A stretch of 27,468 nucleotides of DNA from an uncultured archaeon. GTDB taxonomy: Archaea; Thermoproteota; Nitrososphaeria_A; Caldarchaeales; Calditenuaceae. Under the pieces are notes generated by a model that saw nothing but the letters and a program-made list of their open reading frames with translations, did not search any database and was not told where the DNA came from. Below are positions 1 to 8,322 of the stretch, piece by piece (within the stretch, counting starts at the first letter, position 1; every line of letters starts with the position of its first letter). A program made the position numbers and the translations under genes. The stretch spans positions 1-27,468 of the forward strand of contig CAKZUF010000019.1 in NCBI GenBank assembly GCA_937921685.1, read 5' to 3'.

Positions 1-282
1 TCAAGCTTAACAGAGCCTAGAGAGAATACTGTCAGAATCTCGATAGACAGGGACATGCTGAGAGTTGTTCTGGACGGGGAGAGGGTTTTCTTCAATGCGA
101 TAACCTTCTCCCCATGGAGAAGGCCTATAAGACAGCATCAGACCCTCACCAGACATTTAACACACTCAGCCCACTCAAGAGATATACTCTGGGCCTTAAA
201 ACCTACACCCATTTCGACTACAACACCTTCCACCTCCCACCCCACAACCACTAAAAATAATCCAATAACTGGAAGAAAGCCT

Positions 283-290
283 ATATAAAA
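283..290 (+). promoter_or_regulatory. TATA box (TATATAAA) preceded by purine-rich BRE-like AGAAAGC; candidate nuoJ promoter
   Basis: AT-rich octamer about 33-40 nt upstream of the ATG at 323/326. This spacing fits an archaeal TATA centred near -27 with a short leader. Confidence 0.4.
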
Positions 291-322
291 TACTGTAAAG
301 AAATGGTACAGGGAAATGATAC

Positions 323-571
323 ATGATGCTTGAGAGTCTAGAGCTGCTTCTACTGGTCCTCGCGGTTGTGTTTTCCGCGTTCGCCGTGGAAACTCGCAGC
401 CTCTCCCGATCGGTCTTCGGGCTGCTGCTCTTCACCGTGACCGTGGGCTTGATCTTCTTGACGTTGGGTGCGCCCCATATAGGGGCACTCCAGATGATAG
501 TATATTCCGGAGGCGTAATGGCTCTATTCCTGTTAGTGATAATGGTGACGGCTAGGAGGGATGAGACTTGA
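323..571 (+). CDS. nuoJ: NADH-quinone oxidoreductase subunit J, N-terminal half (split NuoJ)
   Basis: 82-aa polytopic membrane protein. The segment GAPHIGALQMIVYSGGVMALFLLVIMV matches the conserved NuoJ core (Q-x-x-VY-x-G-A/G-x-M-V-L-F). Its stop overlaps the next start (TTGA). Confidence 0.7.
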   Translation: MMLESLELLLLVLAVVFSAFAVETRSLSRSVFGLLLFTVTVGLIFLTLGAPHIGALQMIVYSGGVMALFLLVIMVTARRDET

Positions 572-828
572 GGCTTAACGAGGTGTTGGGAATACTCGCT
601 ACCGCCCTCTTTTCGGCACTATTCCTGACGAGCCTTGCTACGCGTCCGCTGCTCTACGAGTATTGGGGTGAAAACCTCCGGCGAGTGATAAGTGGCGGGC
701 TTGAAGATATCGGCCGAGTCTTGAGCGACTATGTCTGGGGCGGATTCTTCCCAGTACTAACAGGGGTAATAGTGATGCTTCTCACAATCGTTGTCGGTCT
801 TGTCTCTCTTCTAAGGGAGGGCGAGTAG
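568..828 (+). CDS. NADH-quinone oxidoreductase subunit J, C-terminal half (split NuoJ)
   Basis: 86-aa protein with two hydrophobic helices flanking a polar loop and a C-terminal LLREGE, like the second half of single-chain NuoJ. TTG start overlaps the upstream stop by 4 nt. Confidence 0.55.
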   Translation: MRLNEVLGILATALFSALFLTSLATRPLLYEYWGENLRRVISGGLEDIGRVLSDYVWGGFFPVLTGVIVMLLTIVVGLVSLLREGE

Positions 829-832
829 AGGG

Positions 833-1147
833 TTGGCCCTTAGCCCAACAATCTACGCAATCTTCGCCGGCCTAATCTTCGTGATCGGTATATACACCCT
901 CGCGACCAAGAGGAACATCATCAAACAGCTGATAGGAGTAGAGCTGATGATCAACGCAGCCCATCTGAACTTCGTTGTTTTTGCGGTGAACAGTCCAGGA
1001 GGGATAGACCCCTACGCCCTAGCAATAGTCGTCCTCTCTATGGCTGCAGGTGCCGCAGTCATCACAGTCGGAGTCATTCTCGTGATAAGTGTCTATAGGA
1101 CGTACGGTACGATGGACTTGGATGCCTTGAGGAGGCTTAGACGCTAA
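833..1147 (+). CDS. nuoK: NADH-quinone oxidoreductase subunit K
   Basis: 104 aa with three TM helices. The motif KRNIIKQLIGVELMINAAHLNFVVFA contains the conserved membrane Glu typical of NuoK. It directly follows nuoJ. Confidence 0.85.
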   Translation: MALSPTIYAIFAGLIFVIGIYTLATKRNIIKQLIGVELMINAAHLNFVVFAVNSPGGIDPYALAIVVLSMAAGAAVITVGVILVISVYRTYGTMDLDALRRLRR

Positions 1148-1463
1148 CCCCACCAGATATTGGTGGTAGGATAACCAGGGTGTCGCCATCCCTCAATATT
1201 CTCTTAAGCGGCTCATCTGAGACCTTGACACCATTAATCGCAATGGCAATGCTCGACTTCAGCTCCATGTTGTCTGCAAGTATGTATCTCCTAAACCTGT
1301 CCCCATATTTCTGGATGAGTCGTTCGATGAGGGTGCCGACTGTAGCCCCCTCACTGAGGGCTATCTCCTCCTCCCGAATGCCTGTCAACTCGCGTAGATA
1401 TGCGTAATACCTTGTCTTGACGGTAATCAAGACCCTTCCACCAACTCCATATAGGGGGGTCAA
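1137..1463 (-). CDS. MoaD/ThiS-family ubiquitin-fold protein (archaeal MoaD type), with diglycine followed by a 3-residue tail
   Basis: The core ITVKTRYYAYLRELTG...GATVGTLIERL...INGVKV...DGDTLVILPPISGG matches the archaeal MoaD family pattern, and the C-terminus is GG-VSV. The start is uncertain (TTG 1463 or TTG 1430). Confidence 0.8.
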   Translation of the reverse strand: MTPLYGVGGRVLITVKTRYYAYLRELTGIREEEIALSEGATVGTLIERLIQKYGDRFRRYILADNMELKSSIAIAINGVKVSDEPLKRILRDGDTLVILPPISGGVSV

Positions 1464-1500
1464 GAATAAAAATTCCTATCGCTACTACCTGCGGTCGTGG

Positions 1501-2538
1501 CTACTTCATGTATTTTTTAAGAGCCTTTGCGAGGTCTTCCGGTGTCATATCTATGACGGGTTCGGCGCATAGCTTCTCCAGAAAGCCGTCATCGTTTACG
1601 TAGAGTGTTGAGGGAGCTGGTCTCGCTATAATCCTTGCGTGGAGGTAGAAGTATCTGCTTATGTCGTCTCCCAGTGGGCCGGAGTAGAAGAGCATGTTTA
1701 GACTCTCTAACCCAGACTCGGAATAGTATCTCAGCACGTGTGCTAGCCCCTCGGCAAACTCCTCCACTTCGCTGTTTGTTAGACGGTCCAGCGAGGACCT
1801 GCCCTTGAAGACCGCTAGTACCTCTTTATTACCGATTGGGGAGAAACTGGTGATCCAATAGACTGAGTGGCTCGACTTCACAAACCTCTCCCCTCTCTCC
1901 TCCTCTGACTCTAGGAGCTCCTCCCAGAAGCAGCCGCCGCTCTCCTCGTATTTTTCACTCGCCTCGATCTCTTGGGAGACTATGCTTGGCGGCCTCTCGT
2001 CGGCTAGGACTTGGAAGTGTGGGTGGATAATACTGGCCCCGGCTGGTGGAAGGTGGTTCCAAGCGAGTACTGGATAACATGCGGCCCTGTCTATTTTTTT
2101 GAGGTCGTTTAGATATTCTATCGCGGCGTTTATGCCGGCCTTGAGCTCATCAGGCGTGATCGTGTCTAGCGGCTTGTAGTGGTGTGGGGTGAAGACGGTG
2201 ACTGCGTGGTGTTTAGAGAAGGGGTAGAGGTTTGGGAAGACCCAGCAGTCCCCACGGCGGAGGCGCCTGTAAGGGAGCAGCGTGAAGGTAGGTGTACTGG
2301 TCTCTACCCTCTCGGGGCAGAACGGGCACGTATCCCGCGACCTCTCAGCCAGCTCCCGCAGGACCGCTAATCCACTTGGAGTCTGCTTCGGCCGTCTAGC
2401 CCGCTCGATGTTGATTCTACTCCATCTACCAGTCAATGGGTCTCGCCGAAACTCTATCTCCTGTAACCCTTCAGCCCCGCTCGAACCGGGGGGCGAAAAC
2501 CGCGACGCAACAGTATACCGCTTAAACTCTACTGGCAT
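1501..2538 (-). CDS. Galactose-1-phosphate uridylyltransferase-like nucleotidyltransferase (GalT branch of the HIT superfamily)
   Basis: 345 aa with a CPFCP zinc-knuckle-like motif near the N-terminus and an active-site-like HPHFQV (H-x-H-x-Q) motif. Confidence 0.7.
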   Translation of the reverse strand: MPVEFKRYTVASRFSPPGSSGAEGLQEIEFRRDPLTGRWSRINIERARRPKQTPSGLAVLRELAERSRDTCPFCPERVETSTPTFTLLPYRRLRRGDCWVFPNLYPFSKHHAVTVFTPHHYKPLDTITPDELKAGINAAIEYLNDLKKIDRAACYPVLAWNHLPPAGASIIHPHFQVLADERPPSIVSQEIEASEKYEESGGCFWEELLESEEERGERFVKSSHSVYWITSFSPIGNKEVLAVFKGRSSLDRLTNSEVEEFAEGLAHVLRYYSESGLESLNMLFYSGPLGDDISRYFYLHARIIARPAPSTLYVNDDGFLEKLCAEPVIDMTPEDLAKALKKYMK

Positions 2539-2583
2539 GACTCAGTAAGGCTCCACAAACTATTTAACCATCGCATCCAATCT

Positions 2584-3735
2584 TTAGACTCTTATCTCGA
2601 CTATATCCCCATCCTCAAGTACGTGCTCCCTGCCAACCTTCTCCCCCTGCACCTTAGCAGAGGGGCCCCAGACCCTAGCGTACCTCAACGCCTCCGAGAA
2701 ATCCCTGTGTATTTTCTCCGCAAGCTGAGAGACGGTTGCCCCCCTCTTCAACAGAATCGGCCTCTCCGAGACTACTCCATCCTTCCTAGTATAGACCCTT
2801 ATCATGTCGAGCGACTTGAAGATTATGTGCTTCACGTCTTCGAGGTCTGGGGAGCTTGCTGAGGTTTTGACCGCCCTGAATCCGCGTGCTTCTAACTCAC
2901 TGACCGCCGCATCCGCCCTCTTGTCGTCGATATCAGACTTGTTCACGATAACCAGGCATTTTTTATACTCCGGCCTCCTGATCAGCTCCTCCTCAAGCTC
3001 GTCAAGCGTGACATTCCCCACGATCTTGATTATGGCTGACCTCATACCGAGCTGTTGGGCGAGAATCTTAACAGCCTCTTGACCGCCTTCAACCCGACCC
3101 ATCACGACAACTCTAACCCCCCCGCTGTCAGTCCTCTCAACCTCCACCTCAAACCGCCTCTTCTTCAAAGTTATGCCGTACTCCTCTAGAAGCGACTCGA
3201 TGGCGTTAAACTCTGCTAGTGGGTTTCGGGAACCATCCAGCACTATGGCTAGCAGGTCGCTGTTTCTCGCGATTCCGATGCTCTTTGATGCTAGGTTTGT
3301 CTCCTCGAAGTCCTCTGTCATAAGGGCTGGAAGGTCTATGACCTGTATCTCACAGCCCGAGTAGATCATCATCCCGGGGTAGGGCTTCTGTGTGGTGAGG
3401 GGGTAGTCTGCCACGGGTGAGGGAGCCCCCGTAAGTGCTCTGAAGAGGCTTGATTTACCAGAGTTAGCCACACCCAGCATGGCGACCTGGGCCCAGCCCT
3501 CCTTCTTCACACTGAAGACAGAGACCCCTCCTGTCTTCGCCGCCCTCTTCTCCTCCAGCTCATCTCTCAGCTCAGCCAGGCGCTTCCTCAACTGCCTCCT
3601 CAGCTTCTCGGTACCCTTATGATCAGGTATCAGTGAGAGCGCCTGCCTCAGCACCTCGATCTTCTCCTCGAGGGTCCTAGCCGATTGATACTCTGCTAGC
3701 TTGTGCCTCGCCTCAGCTGGGAGGTTTGTCGGCAT
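2584..3735 (-). CDS. DRG/Obg-class GTP-binding protein with C-terminal TGS domain (divergent switch II)
   Basis: Coiled N-terminus (KGTEKLRRQLRKRLAELRDEL), G1 GVANSGKSS, G4 NKSD, and a C-terminal TGS-like segment (RVWG...VLEDGDIVEI). G3 reads DLPA rather than DxxG. Confidence 0.85.
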   Translation of the reverse strand: MPTNLPAEARHKLAEYQSARTLEEKIEVLRQALSLIPDHKGTEKLRRQLRKRLAELRDELEEKRAAKTGGVSVFSVKKEGWAQVAMLGVANSGKSSLFRALTGAPSPVADYPLTTQKPYPGMMIYSGCEIQVIDLPALMTEDFEETNLASKSIGIARNSDLLAIVLDGSRNPLAEFNAIESLLEEYGITLKKRRFEVEVERTDSGGVRVVVMGRVEGGQEAVKILAQQLGMRSAIIKIVGNVTLDELEEELIRRPEYKKCLVIVNKSDIDDKRADAAVSELEARGFRAVKTSASSPDLEDVKHIIFKSLDMIRVYTRKDGVVSERPILLKRGATVSQLAEKIHRDFSEALRYARVWGPSAKVQGEKVGREHVLEDGDIVEIRV

Positions 3736-3799
3736 CGCTCCTCTATCGGGGTGTATGGGCGAGGCGTTTTTAGGTTTTCACGGCCGCGCGGGGTTTTAG

Positions 3800-3806
3800 T
3801 TTATAT
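3800..3806 (+). promoter_or_regulatory. TATA-like element (TTTATAT) upstream of argS
   Basis: Lies about 39 nt upstream of the TTG start at 3842, in the divergent intergenic region shared with the DRG-like gene. Confidence 0.35.
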
Positions 3807-3841
3807 CGGGAGGATAGGTGACTGATAGCTGGAAAGAGTGA

Positions 3842-5725
3842 TTGACGATTAAGAGGCTCTTCGAGGAGGCAGGGCGGCTGCTATCAGGGGTTGGGTTGGA
3901 GGGTGTGAGGATAGGTCCTCCAAGGTCTCCAGAGTTCGGGGAAGCGTTTACGCCATACCCCTTCGAGGAGGCTAGGCGGTCCGGTGGAAACCCATTAGAG
4001 CTCGCGAGGGATATAGCCTCCAAGCTGGGGCGTGGCGAGCTTATAGAACGCGTGGAGGCGGCCCCCCCAGGTTACATAAACTTCTACGCCGACTGGCGCC
4101 GCTTTTCAGAATATACCCTAAGCGAGGTCTTCCGGCTTGGGGCTAAGGACTATGGAGGGTCGAGAGATGGTGAGGGGCGCGTCGTACTAGTGGAGCATAC
4201 GAGCGTGAATCCTAACAAGGCGTTACACATAGGTCATGCAAGGAATGTGTATCTCGGCGACACGGTGGCGCGGGTGCTCGCGAAGGCGGGCTACCGGGTC
4301 TATGTGCTGAACTACGTGGACGATAGCGGCGCCCAGATGGCCAGTGTCCTCCTAGGGTTCCTCGGACTGGGAATGCCCATGGAGCCGCCTCAGGGTATTC
4401 GTTTCGACGAGTATTGTGGAGACCATGTATATGTCATGGTTACGCGGCGTCTAGAGCAGGATAGGTCTCTCGAGGAGAGGCTGAAAGCCCTAGCCAAGAG
4501 AATAGAAGAGAAGGGTAGCGAGGAATTCAAACATGCCCGTCTGATAGCAGACAGGGTGCTTTCCGACCAGCTCACTACCTGCTGGAGGCTCGGGGCTAGA
4601 TACGATCTGCTCTTCAGGGAAAGCGATGTGGTGGCCTCAGGCCTCTGGGCCAAGACCTTCAACCTACTACTCGAGAAGGGCATCATCTATAAAGCGATGG
4701 AGGGCGAGAACAGGGGCTGCTGGTGTGTCGACCTCAGCAGCCACCCCATCCTCTCCAAGGAGGGAGATGAGATCTTAGTAAAGAGCGATGGCTCAACAAC
4801 ATATGTGGCGAGGGATATTGCCTTCGCCTTGTGGAAGCTCGGCGAATCGGACGTGAAGATTAATGGCAGGCAGTGGGGGCAAAACCCGGACGGAACCCCC
4901 ATAACGATTACAGAGATGGACTCAGGAACACCCATCGTTATCCCTAAGCCAAGCCTGGTTGTGACGGTCGTAGGATCTGAGCAGAAGAGGCCGCAGGAGG
5001 TGGTGCGATACGTACTGTCGAGGCTCGGCGTGGATGGTGAGAGATACATACACTACTCTTATGAGCGTGTATCCCTTAGCCCGGACTCTGCTAAGAGGCT
5101 GGGAGTTGAGGTGGTCGAGGGCAGGGCTGTGCAGATGAGCGGTAGGAGGGGGATTTACTTTAAGGTTGACGAGGTTCTTGACGAGTTGAAGAAGCTGGCG
5201 GCGGAGGAGGTCAGGAAGAGGCATGGAGACTGGCCTCGAGAGAAGGTCGAAGAGGTTGCCGAGGCCATTGCGCAGGGAGCCCTCAGATACTCGATACTGA
5301 GGTCAGAGGCCGAGAAGGCGGTTGTATTTGACTTGGGGGAGGCAATGCGGCTCGAGGGCGACACAGGCCCCTACATACAGTATAGCGTTGCCAGGTCCTA
5401 CAGGATTCTAGAGAAGGCGAGGGACAAAGGTATAGAAGCCAATCCCACTCCCTATGGCGAGCTAGCCAGAGAGGAGAAGCTCCTAATACGCTCAATATCA
5501 TTCCTACCCCTAGTCATCGAGACGTCAGCGAGGACGCTGAGGCTGAGGCAGCTGCTAACGCACTCTAGGGAGATGGCCGTCAACTTTAACGAGTTCTACG
5601 AAAGGTGCCCTGTTATAGAAGGCGGAGAGGCCGCCCCATTCAGGCTCGCACTAGTCCAAGGATACATCATCGCCCAGACCAGTGCAATGAACCTAACAGG
5701 CATACCGGTCCTCCGCGAAATGTAA
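3842..5725 (+). CDS. argS: Arginine--tRNA ligase
   Basis: 627 aa with the class I HIGH motif in HTSVNPNKALHIGHARN. It has a DALR-type anticodon-binding C-terminus ending in a terminal Met (LREM), as is typical of ArgRS. Confidence 0.93.
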   Translation: MTIKRLFEEAGRLLSGVGLEGVRIGPPRSPEFGEAFTPYPFEEARRSGGNPLELARDIASKLGRGELIERVEAAPPGYINFYADWRRFSEYTLSEVFRLGAKDYGGSRDGEGRVVLVEHTSVNPNKALHIGHARNVYLGDTVARVLAKAGYRVYVLNYVDDSGAQMASVLLGFLGLGMPMEPPQGIRFDEYCGDHVYVMVTRRLEQDRSLEERLKALAKRIEEKGSEEFKHARLIADRVLSDQLTTCWRLGARYDLLFRESDVVASGLWAKTFNLLLEKGIIYKAMEGENRGCWCVDLSSHPILSKEGDEILVKSDGSTTYVARDIAFALWKLGESDVKINGRQWGQNPDGTPITITEMDSGTPIVIPKPSLVVTVVGSEQKRPQEVVRYVLSRLGVDGERYIHYSYERVSLSPDSAKRLGVEVVEGRAVQMSGRRGIYFKVDEVLDELKKLAAEEVRKRHGDWPREKVEEVAEAIAQGALRYSILRSEAEKAVVFDLGEAMRLEGDTGPYIQYSVARSYRILEKARDKGIEANPTPYGELAREEKLLIRSISFLPLVIETSARTLRLRQLLTHSREMAVNFNEFYERCPVIEGGEAAPFRLALVQGYIIAQTSAMNLTGIPVLREM

Positions 5726-5730
5726 AGTCC

Positions 5731-6504
5731 TCAGAGGAGTGAAGAAAGCTTCTCGGGGACTTCGAGAAGAGTCTTCGCCACTAGCCACTTATTTGATGAT
5801 GGATTTCTACTTATACCTGTCAAGACTAGAATCCCCTTAGAACCTATCGCCTCTGCCAGCGCCATATCTACCTCCTCGTTGTCGCCGATTACTACCACCT
5901 CCTCAGGACTAAGAGAAAGTCTCTTGAGAGCTAAGTCGGCAATGTATCTCTCAGGCTTACCCACCAGTATCGACCTACGTCTGGTTGAAGTCTCGAGGAA
6001 GCTCACCAGTGCGCCAGCACCGGGCATTGGTCCCCTCTCAGTCATGTATACGTGGTCCTTGTTAGTAGCTATGAATAGTGCGCCGTTCATTATTGCGCGG
6101 TGCCCTTCAACAAGCCTCCAATAGCTTATATCCCTAGTCCCGCCCGCCACGACGGCATCCGCCTCATCGCCCCGCGCCACAAGGGTATGGCCGCCCAAAA
6201 CAATCTCTTCCACCAGCCCTACATCCCCTACTGGGAACACCCTGCAAATCCCCCTCCGCTCCTTCAAATACTCCGAGGCGGCGAACCCCGAGTTCACAAT
6301 ATCCTCCAGCCGGGCCTCAATCCCCGCCTCAACCAGCTGATATAGGATCATCCTGCGCGAGTAGAAGGAGTTGTTCGTCAGGAAGGCGATGTTTAACCCC
6401 AACTCTCTAATCCTTCTCAACGACTCTGGCGCTCCGGGTATGGTGGACTCTCCGAGGAAGAGTGTTCCGTCAAGGTCCAAGAGCACAGCCTTGACTCGGG
6501 GCAA
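5731..6504 (-). CDS. HAD-superfamily subfamily IIA hydrolase (NagD/phosphatase-like)
   Basis: Motif I is LLDLDGTLF and motif II is FLTNNS, with a C-terminal VVIGDN...D motif. The 257-aa length is typical of HAD-IIA. Confidence 0.8.
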   Translation of the reverse strand: MPRVKAVLLDLDGTLFLGESTIPGAPESLRRIRELGLNIAFLTNNSFYSRRMILYQLVEAGIEARLEDIVNSGFAASEYLKERRGICRVFPVGDVGLVEEIVLGGHTLVARGDEADAVVAGGTRDISYWRLVEGHRAIMNGALFIATNKDHVYMTERGPMPGAGALVSFLETSTRRRSILVGKPERYIADLALKRLSLSPEEVVVIGDNEEVDMALAEAIGSKGILVLTGISRNPSSNKWLVAKTLLEVPEKLSSLL

Positions 6505-6529
6505 ACTCTGCCTGTTGATATACTGTGGC

Positions 6530-6991
6530 TTAATTTATACCGGTATTGAGCGCCTCCTTGAGCTTGGCTGTTAGGAGTTCAATCTGCCTGTTGGCGACTT
6601 TGCGGGTTGTGTTTTCGCCGAGGAGTCTCTGGATTACGCCAAGGTCTGCGTCTGCAGACCAGTTGATTAGAGCCCCCTTCCCTGATGATGTGACTTTTAC
6701 ATCTATCTTGAGGCCTATCTTTGCGCCCACAACCCTTCCCGTCCCCAATACCCTCACGCCACTGCCACCCTCGTCTTCGTATGTGAACCTCATGTCTGCT
6801 CTGAGTCGTGAGAGGTATCCGGTTACCTTGGCTATCTCCCCCAAGTCCAAATAGAAGGTGGCCTTGAATTCCCTCTCACCCAACAGCTCGAGTGATGCTA
6901 AGTTGGGTAGAAGTTTGCCCAGCCATATAGGGTCTCTAAGCCTCCGCAACGTCTCTGAGGGGCTTGCCGCAACCTCCATAGACCCCTCCAT
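6530..6991 (-). CDS. SRPBCC/CoxG-like protein
   Basis: 153 aa whose beta-rich pattern and C-terminal helix resemble CoxG (carbon monoxide dehydrogenase subunit G-like) proteins. It starts 2 nt after the stop of the upstream FAD dehydrogenase gene. Confidence 0.5.
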   Translation of the reverse strand: MEGSMEVAASPSETLRRLRDPIWLGKLLPNLASLELLGEREFKATFYLDLGEIAKVTGYLSRLRADMRFTYEDEGGSGVRVLGTGRVVGAKIGLKIDVKVTSSGKGALINWSADADLGVIQRLLGENTTRKVANRQIELLTAKLKEALNTGIN

Positions 6992-6993
6992 CC

Positions 6994-8322
6994 TCAGCGC
7001 CTCTCACCCATCCTCTTTGCGAAGACCAGTGGTAGTAGGAGGCTCCAGTATCTTTCACCATCGATCGCCTCGAGCGACTCATCTATCATGGTTCTTAGCT
7101 GTCCCACCACCTCGCCAGACTCTAGTGCACCCCTAATCTCCCTCGCCTCCTCTCTGCTCGGAGGGTTGAGTCTGGTCCTCTCCGTGAAGCTTCCTGTTGG
7201 GATGCCTACGTGCCTAGCTATGGCGTTCACCGCGTTCTCCGCTATCAGCCTACCCGTGGTCAGCTTACCCCCCACCGCTGTGACAAACCCCCTAACACCC
7301 TCCTCGGAGTGGTCTATGACCTCAAAGCTTCTTGTCATTTCGCGTAGGTCTGTCTCGGCCCCATTTTTCGCTATGAGTGGTCTGATGGAGGCGTAGAGGC
7401 GTGAAAACCCAATCGTCCTGAGAGCAGGTACGACTTCCCCACACTCCTGTAGGAGTATCTCGGCGTCTTCACTATCCACCTCGATTCTGTCGAGGTCTTC
7501 GGCGAGCTTGGCGGTCGTTCCTGCTATTGTAACGCCTGCTGAGTAGGGGACTATTATGTCGCCATCGCTCGGCGGTCTCATCCTGTTTATTATGTGGCGA
7601 GTCAGGTTAGCACTGGCTACCCCCATAACTCCTGCGGCAGGTATGACCTCTACGGAGAGTCCAGCCTTCTTTGCAACCTCGCCGCACCAGGGGCCAGCCG
7701 CATTAACAAGGCCTCTGCACCGAACCTTGAATACGCCGCTGGGGGTGGATGCTTCGACACCAGCGACTTGGCCGCCCTCGACCCGTACACCCTCCACAAA
7801 AGCCCCTTCAACCACGCTAGCACCTCTCGTGAGCGCCACGAGTAGAGCTGAGAGGGCTAGGTCTCTAGCGTAAACCACTTTATCAGGGACTAGGATGGCG
7901 GAGCGGGCCTCGGGCGTGATGTTTGGCTCTAGCTTCTTGAGTAGATCCACATCGACTTCGCTCGTTGGGATTCCGGCCCTCCTACAGGAGCTTACAAGCA
8001 GGTGGTGGTATTCCTCCTCCTCAGGGGTGACGGAGACGAAGAAGCCTCCAACATCTCGGATACAGTGGGGCGCAATCTCCGAGAGTATCCTATTCTCCCT
8101 GATACACTCTTCAGCCGCCTTCGGGTCAGTGGTTGCGTACCTCGCACCGCTGTGCAGCATTCCATGGCTCCTACCAGAAGTCCCAGAGCAGATTCCCCTC
8201 CTCTCCAACAAGAGGACTGAGACTCCACGGAGTGCGAGATCGAGAGTCGCGAAGACCCCAACGATCCCCCCACCGACAACAACTACGTCATAATAGTTTC
8301 CCAAATCGCGCTTATCCACCAA
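6994..8322 (-). CDS. FAD-dependent glycerol-3-phosphate dehydrogenase (GlpA/GlpD-like)
   Basis: N-terminal dinucleotide fold YDVVVVGGGIVGVFATLDLALRG, followed by SGTSGRSHGMLHSGARY, which is typical of G3P dehydrogenases/oxidases. 442 aa. Confidence 0.72.
   Translation of the reverse strand: MVDKRDLGNYYDVVVVGGGIVGVFATLDLALRGVSVLLLERRGICSGTSGRSHGMLHSGARYATTDPKAAEECIRENRILSEIAPHCIRDVGGFFVSVTPEEEEYHHLLVSSCRRAGIPTSEVDVDLLKKLEPNITPEARSAILVPDKVVYARDLALSALLVALTRGASVVEGAFVEGVRVEGGQVAGVEASTPSGVFKVRCRGLVNAAGPWCGEVAKKAGLSVEVIPAAGVMGVASANLTRHIINRMRPPSDGDIIVPYSAGVTIAGTTAKLAEDLDRIEVDSEDAEILLQECGEVVPALRTIGFSRLYASIRPLIAKNGAETDLREMTRSFEVIDHSEEGVRGFVTAVGGKLTTGRLIAENAVNAIARHVGIPTGSFTERTRLNPPSREEAREIRGALESGEVVGQLRTMIDESLEAIDGERYWSLLLPLVFAKRMGERR

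Noticed and set aside
4-15. AGCTTAACAGAG at the window start resembles AGCTTTAACAGAG at 26763-26775, next to the IS recombinase. This raised the possibility of IS ends or target sites.
   Set aside because: It is an imperfect match of only 11-12 nt. Matches of that length are expected by chance in a 27-kb window, and the flanking sequences do not align.
55-288. 77-aa plus-strand ORF in the left non-coding region.
   Set aside because: Its composition is low-complexity and Thr/Pro/His-rich, it has no recognisable motifs, and it runs through the nuoJ promoter. It is probably not coding.
2465-2485. T-loop-like GGTTCGAGC string on the minus strand, suggestive of a tRNA fragment.
   Set aside because: It lies inside the GalT-like CDS, and no acceptor or anticodon stems can be drawn around it.
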